Positions 63,661 to 64,000 of a DNA stretch of 64,000 nt are shown here, in pieces. The translations under genes and the position numbers were made by a program. The notes under the pieces are model-generated. The model searched no databases. It was not told where the DNA came from and saw only the letters and a program-made list of their open reading frames with translations. Location of the stretch: NCBI GenBank assembly GCA_977020255.1, contig CDROCS010000550.1, forward strand, positions 186,001 through 250,000. The letters are read 5' to 3'. The stretch's first letter is position 1. Each line of letters opens with the position of its first letter. The stretch is from Obrimoposthia wandeli. Its lineage: Eukaryota.

Positions 63661-64000
63661 AAATTATAGAAGTTTTGATTTTGAGTTTAACTTGATTAGT
63701 GGAAGTTAAAATTGTGAAATCAATTCGTGAGTTTTTGAAGTTAAAGTGAAGATTGTGAGTGTTCTAAAATCAAACCATACTTTTAGAGCAACCAGCTCTC
63801 AAAAATTATAACCTGGAACGTACCCACAATTTAGAGTAAAGACTCTAAGAAATTAATCGAACCTAAAGTAAAATCGATACGTGGTTCATCCCCACTTGTG
63901 TAGAGACTTACAGAAGTCTTAGGAATTTTATTGTAACTTTTTAGAAATACGTACTTAAACGTATTAATTCGTGTTAGTCTAGTGTGTTAATAAATAAACG

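Larger units (their letters stand above)
62752..64000 (+). mobile_element. Solo-LTR-family copy running off the window, disrupted by a Polinton terminus
   Basis: Starts TGTTAGG; 63860-64000 matches 35665-35810 and the reverse complement of ~29385-29520. Confidence 0.85.

Overview
AT-rich animal genomic DNA dominated by transposable elements, with one host gene: a six-exon AP-2 (TFAP2) transcription factor at 45658-53748 (+). The left part holds a complete but decaying 11.9-kb Polinton/Maverick (5138-17073) with TIRs of about 1.0 and 1.4 kb and a 6-bp TSD (ATTAGA). It carries pPolB, packaging ATPase, chromo-integrase, a penton/major-capsid in-frame fusion and an adenain pseudogene. Its accessory genes include a two-repeat TATA-binding-protein (TBP)-like gene and a spliced zinc-finger micro-gene. 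The window opens inside a second Polinton family whose pPolB has a spliced N-terminal extension of acidic Trp/Phe repeats; a lone terminus of that family lies at 62915. The middle is nested Ty3/gypsy debris, a long solo-LTR family carrying different tandem arrays, a hammerhead ribozyme motif, and pogo/Tc1/Penelope remnants. All calls come from manual motif recognition and translation; no database searches were run.
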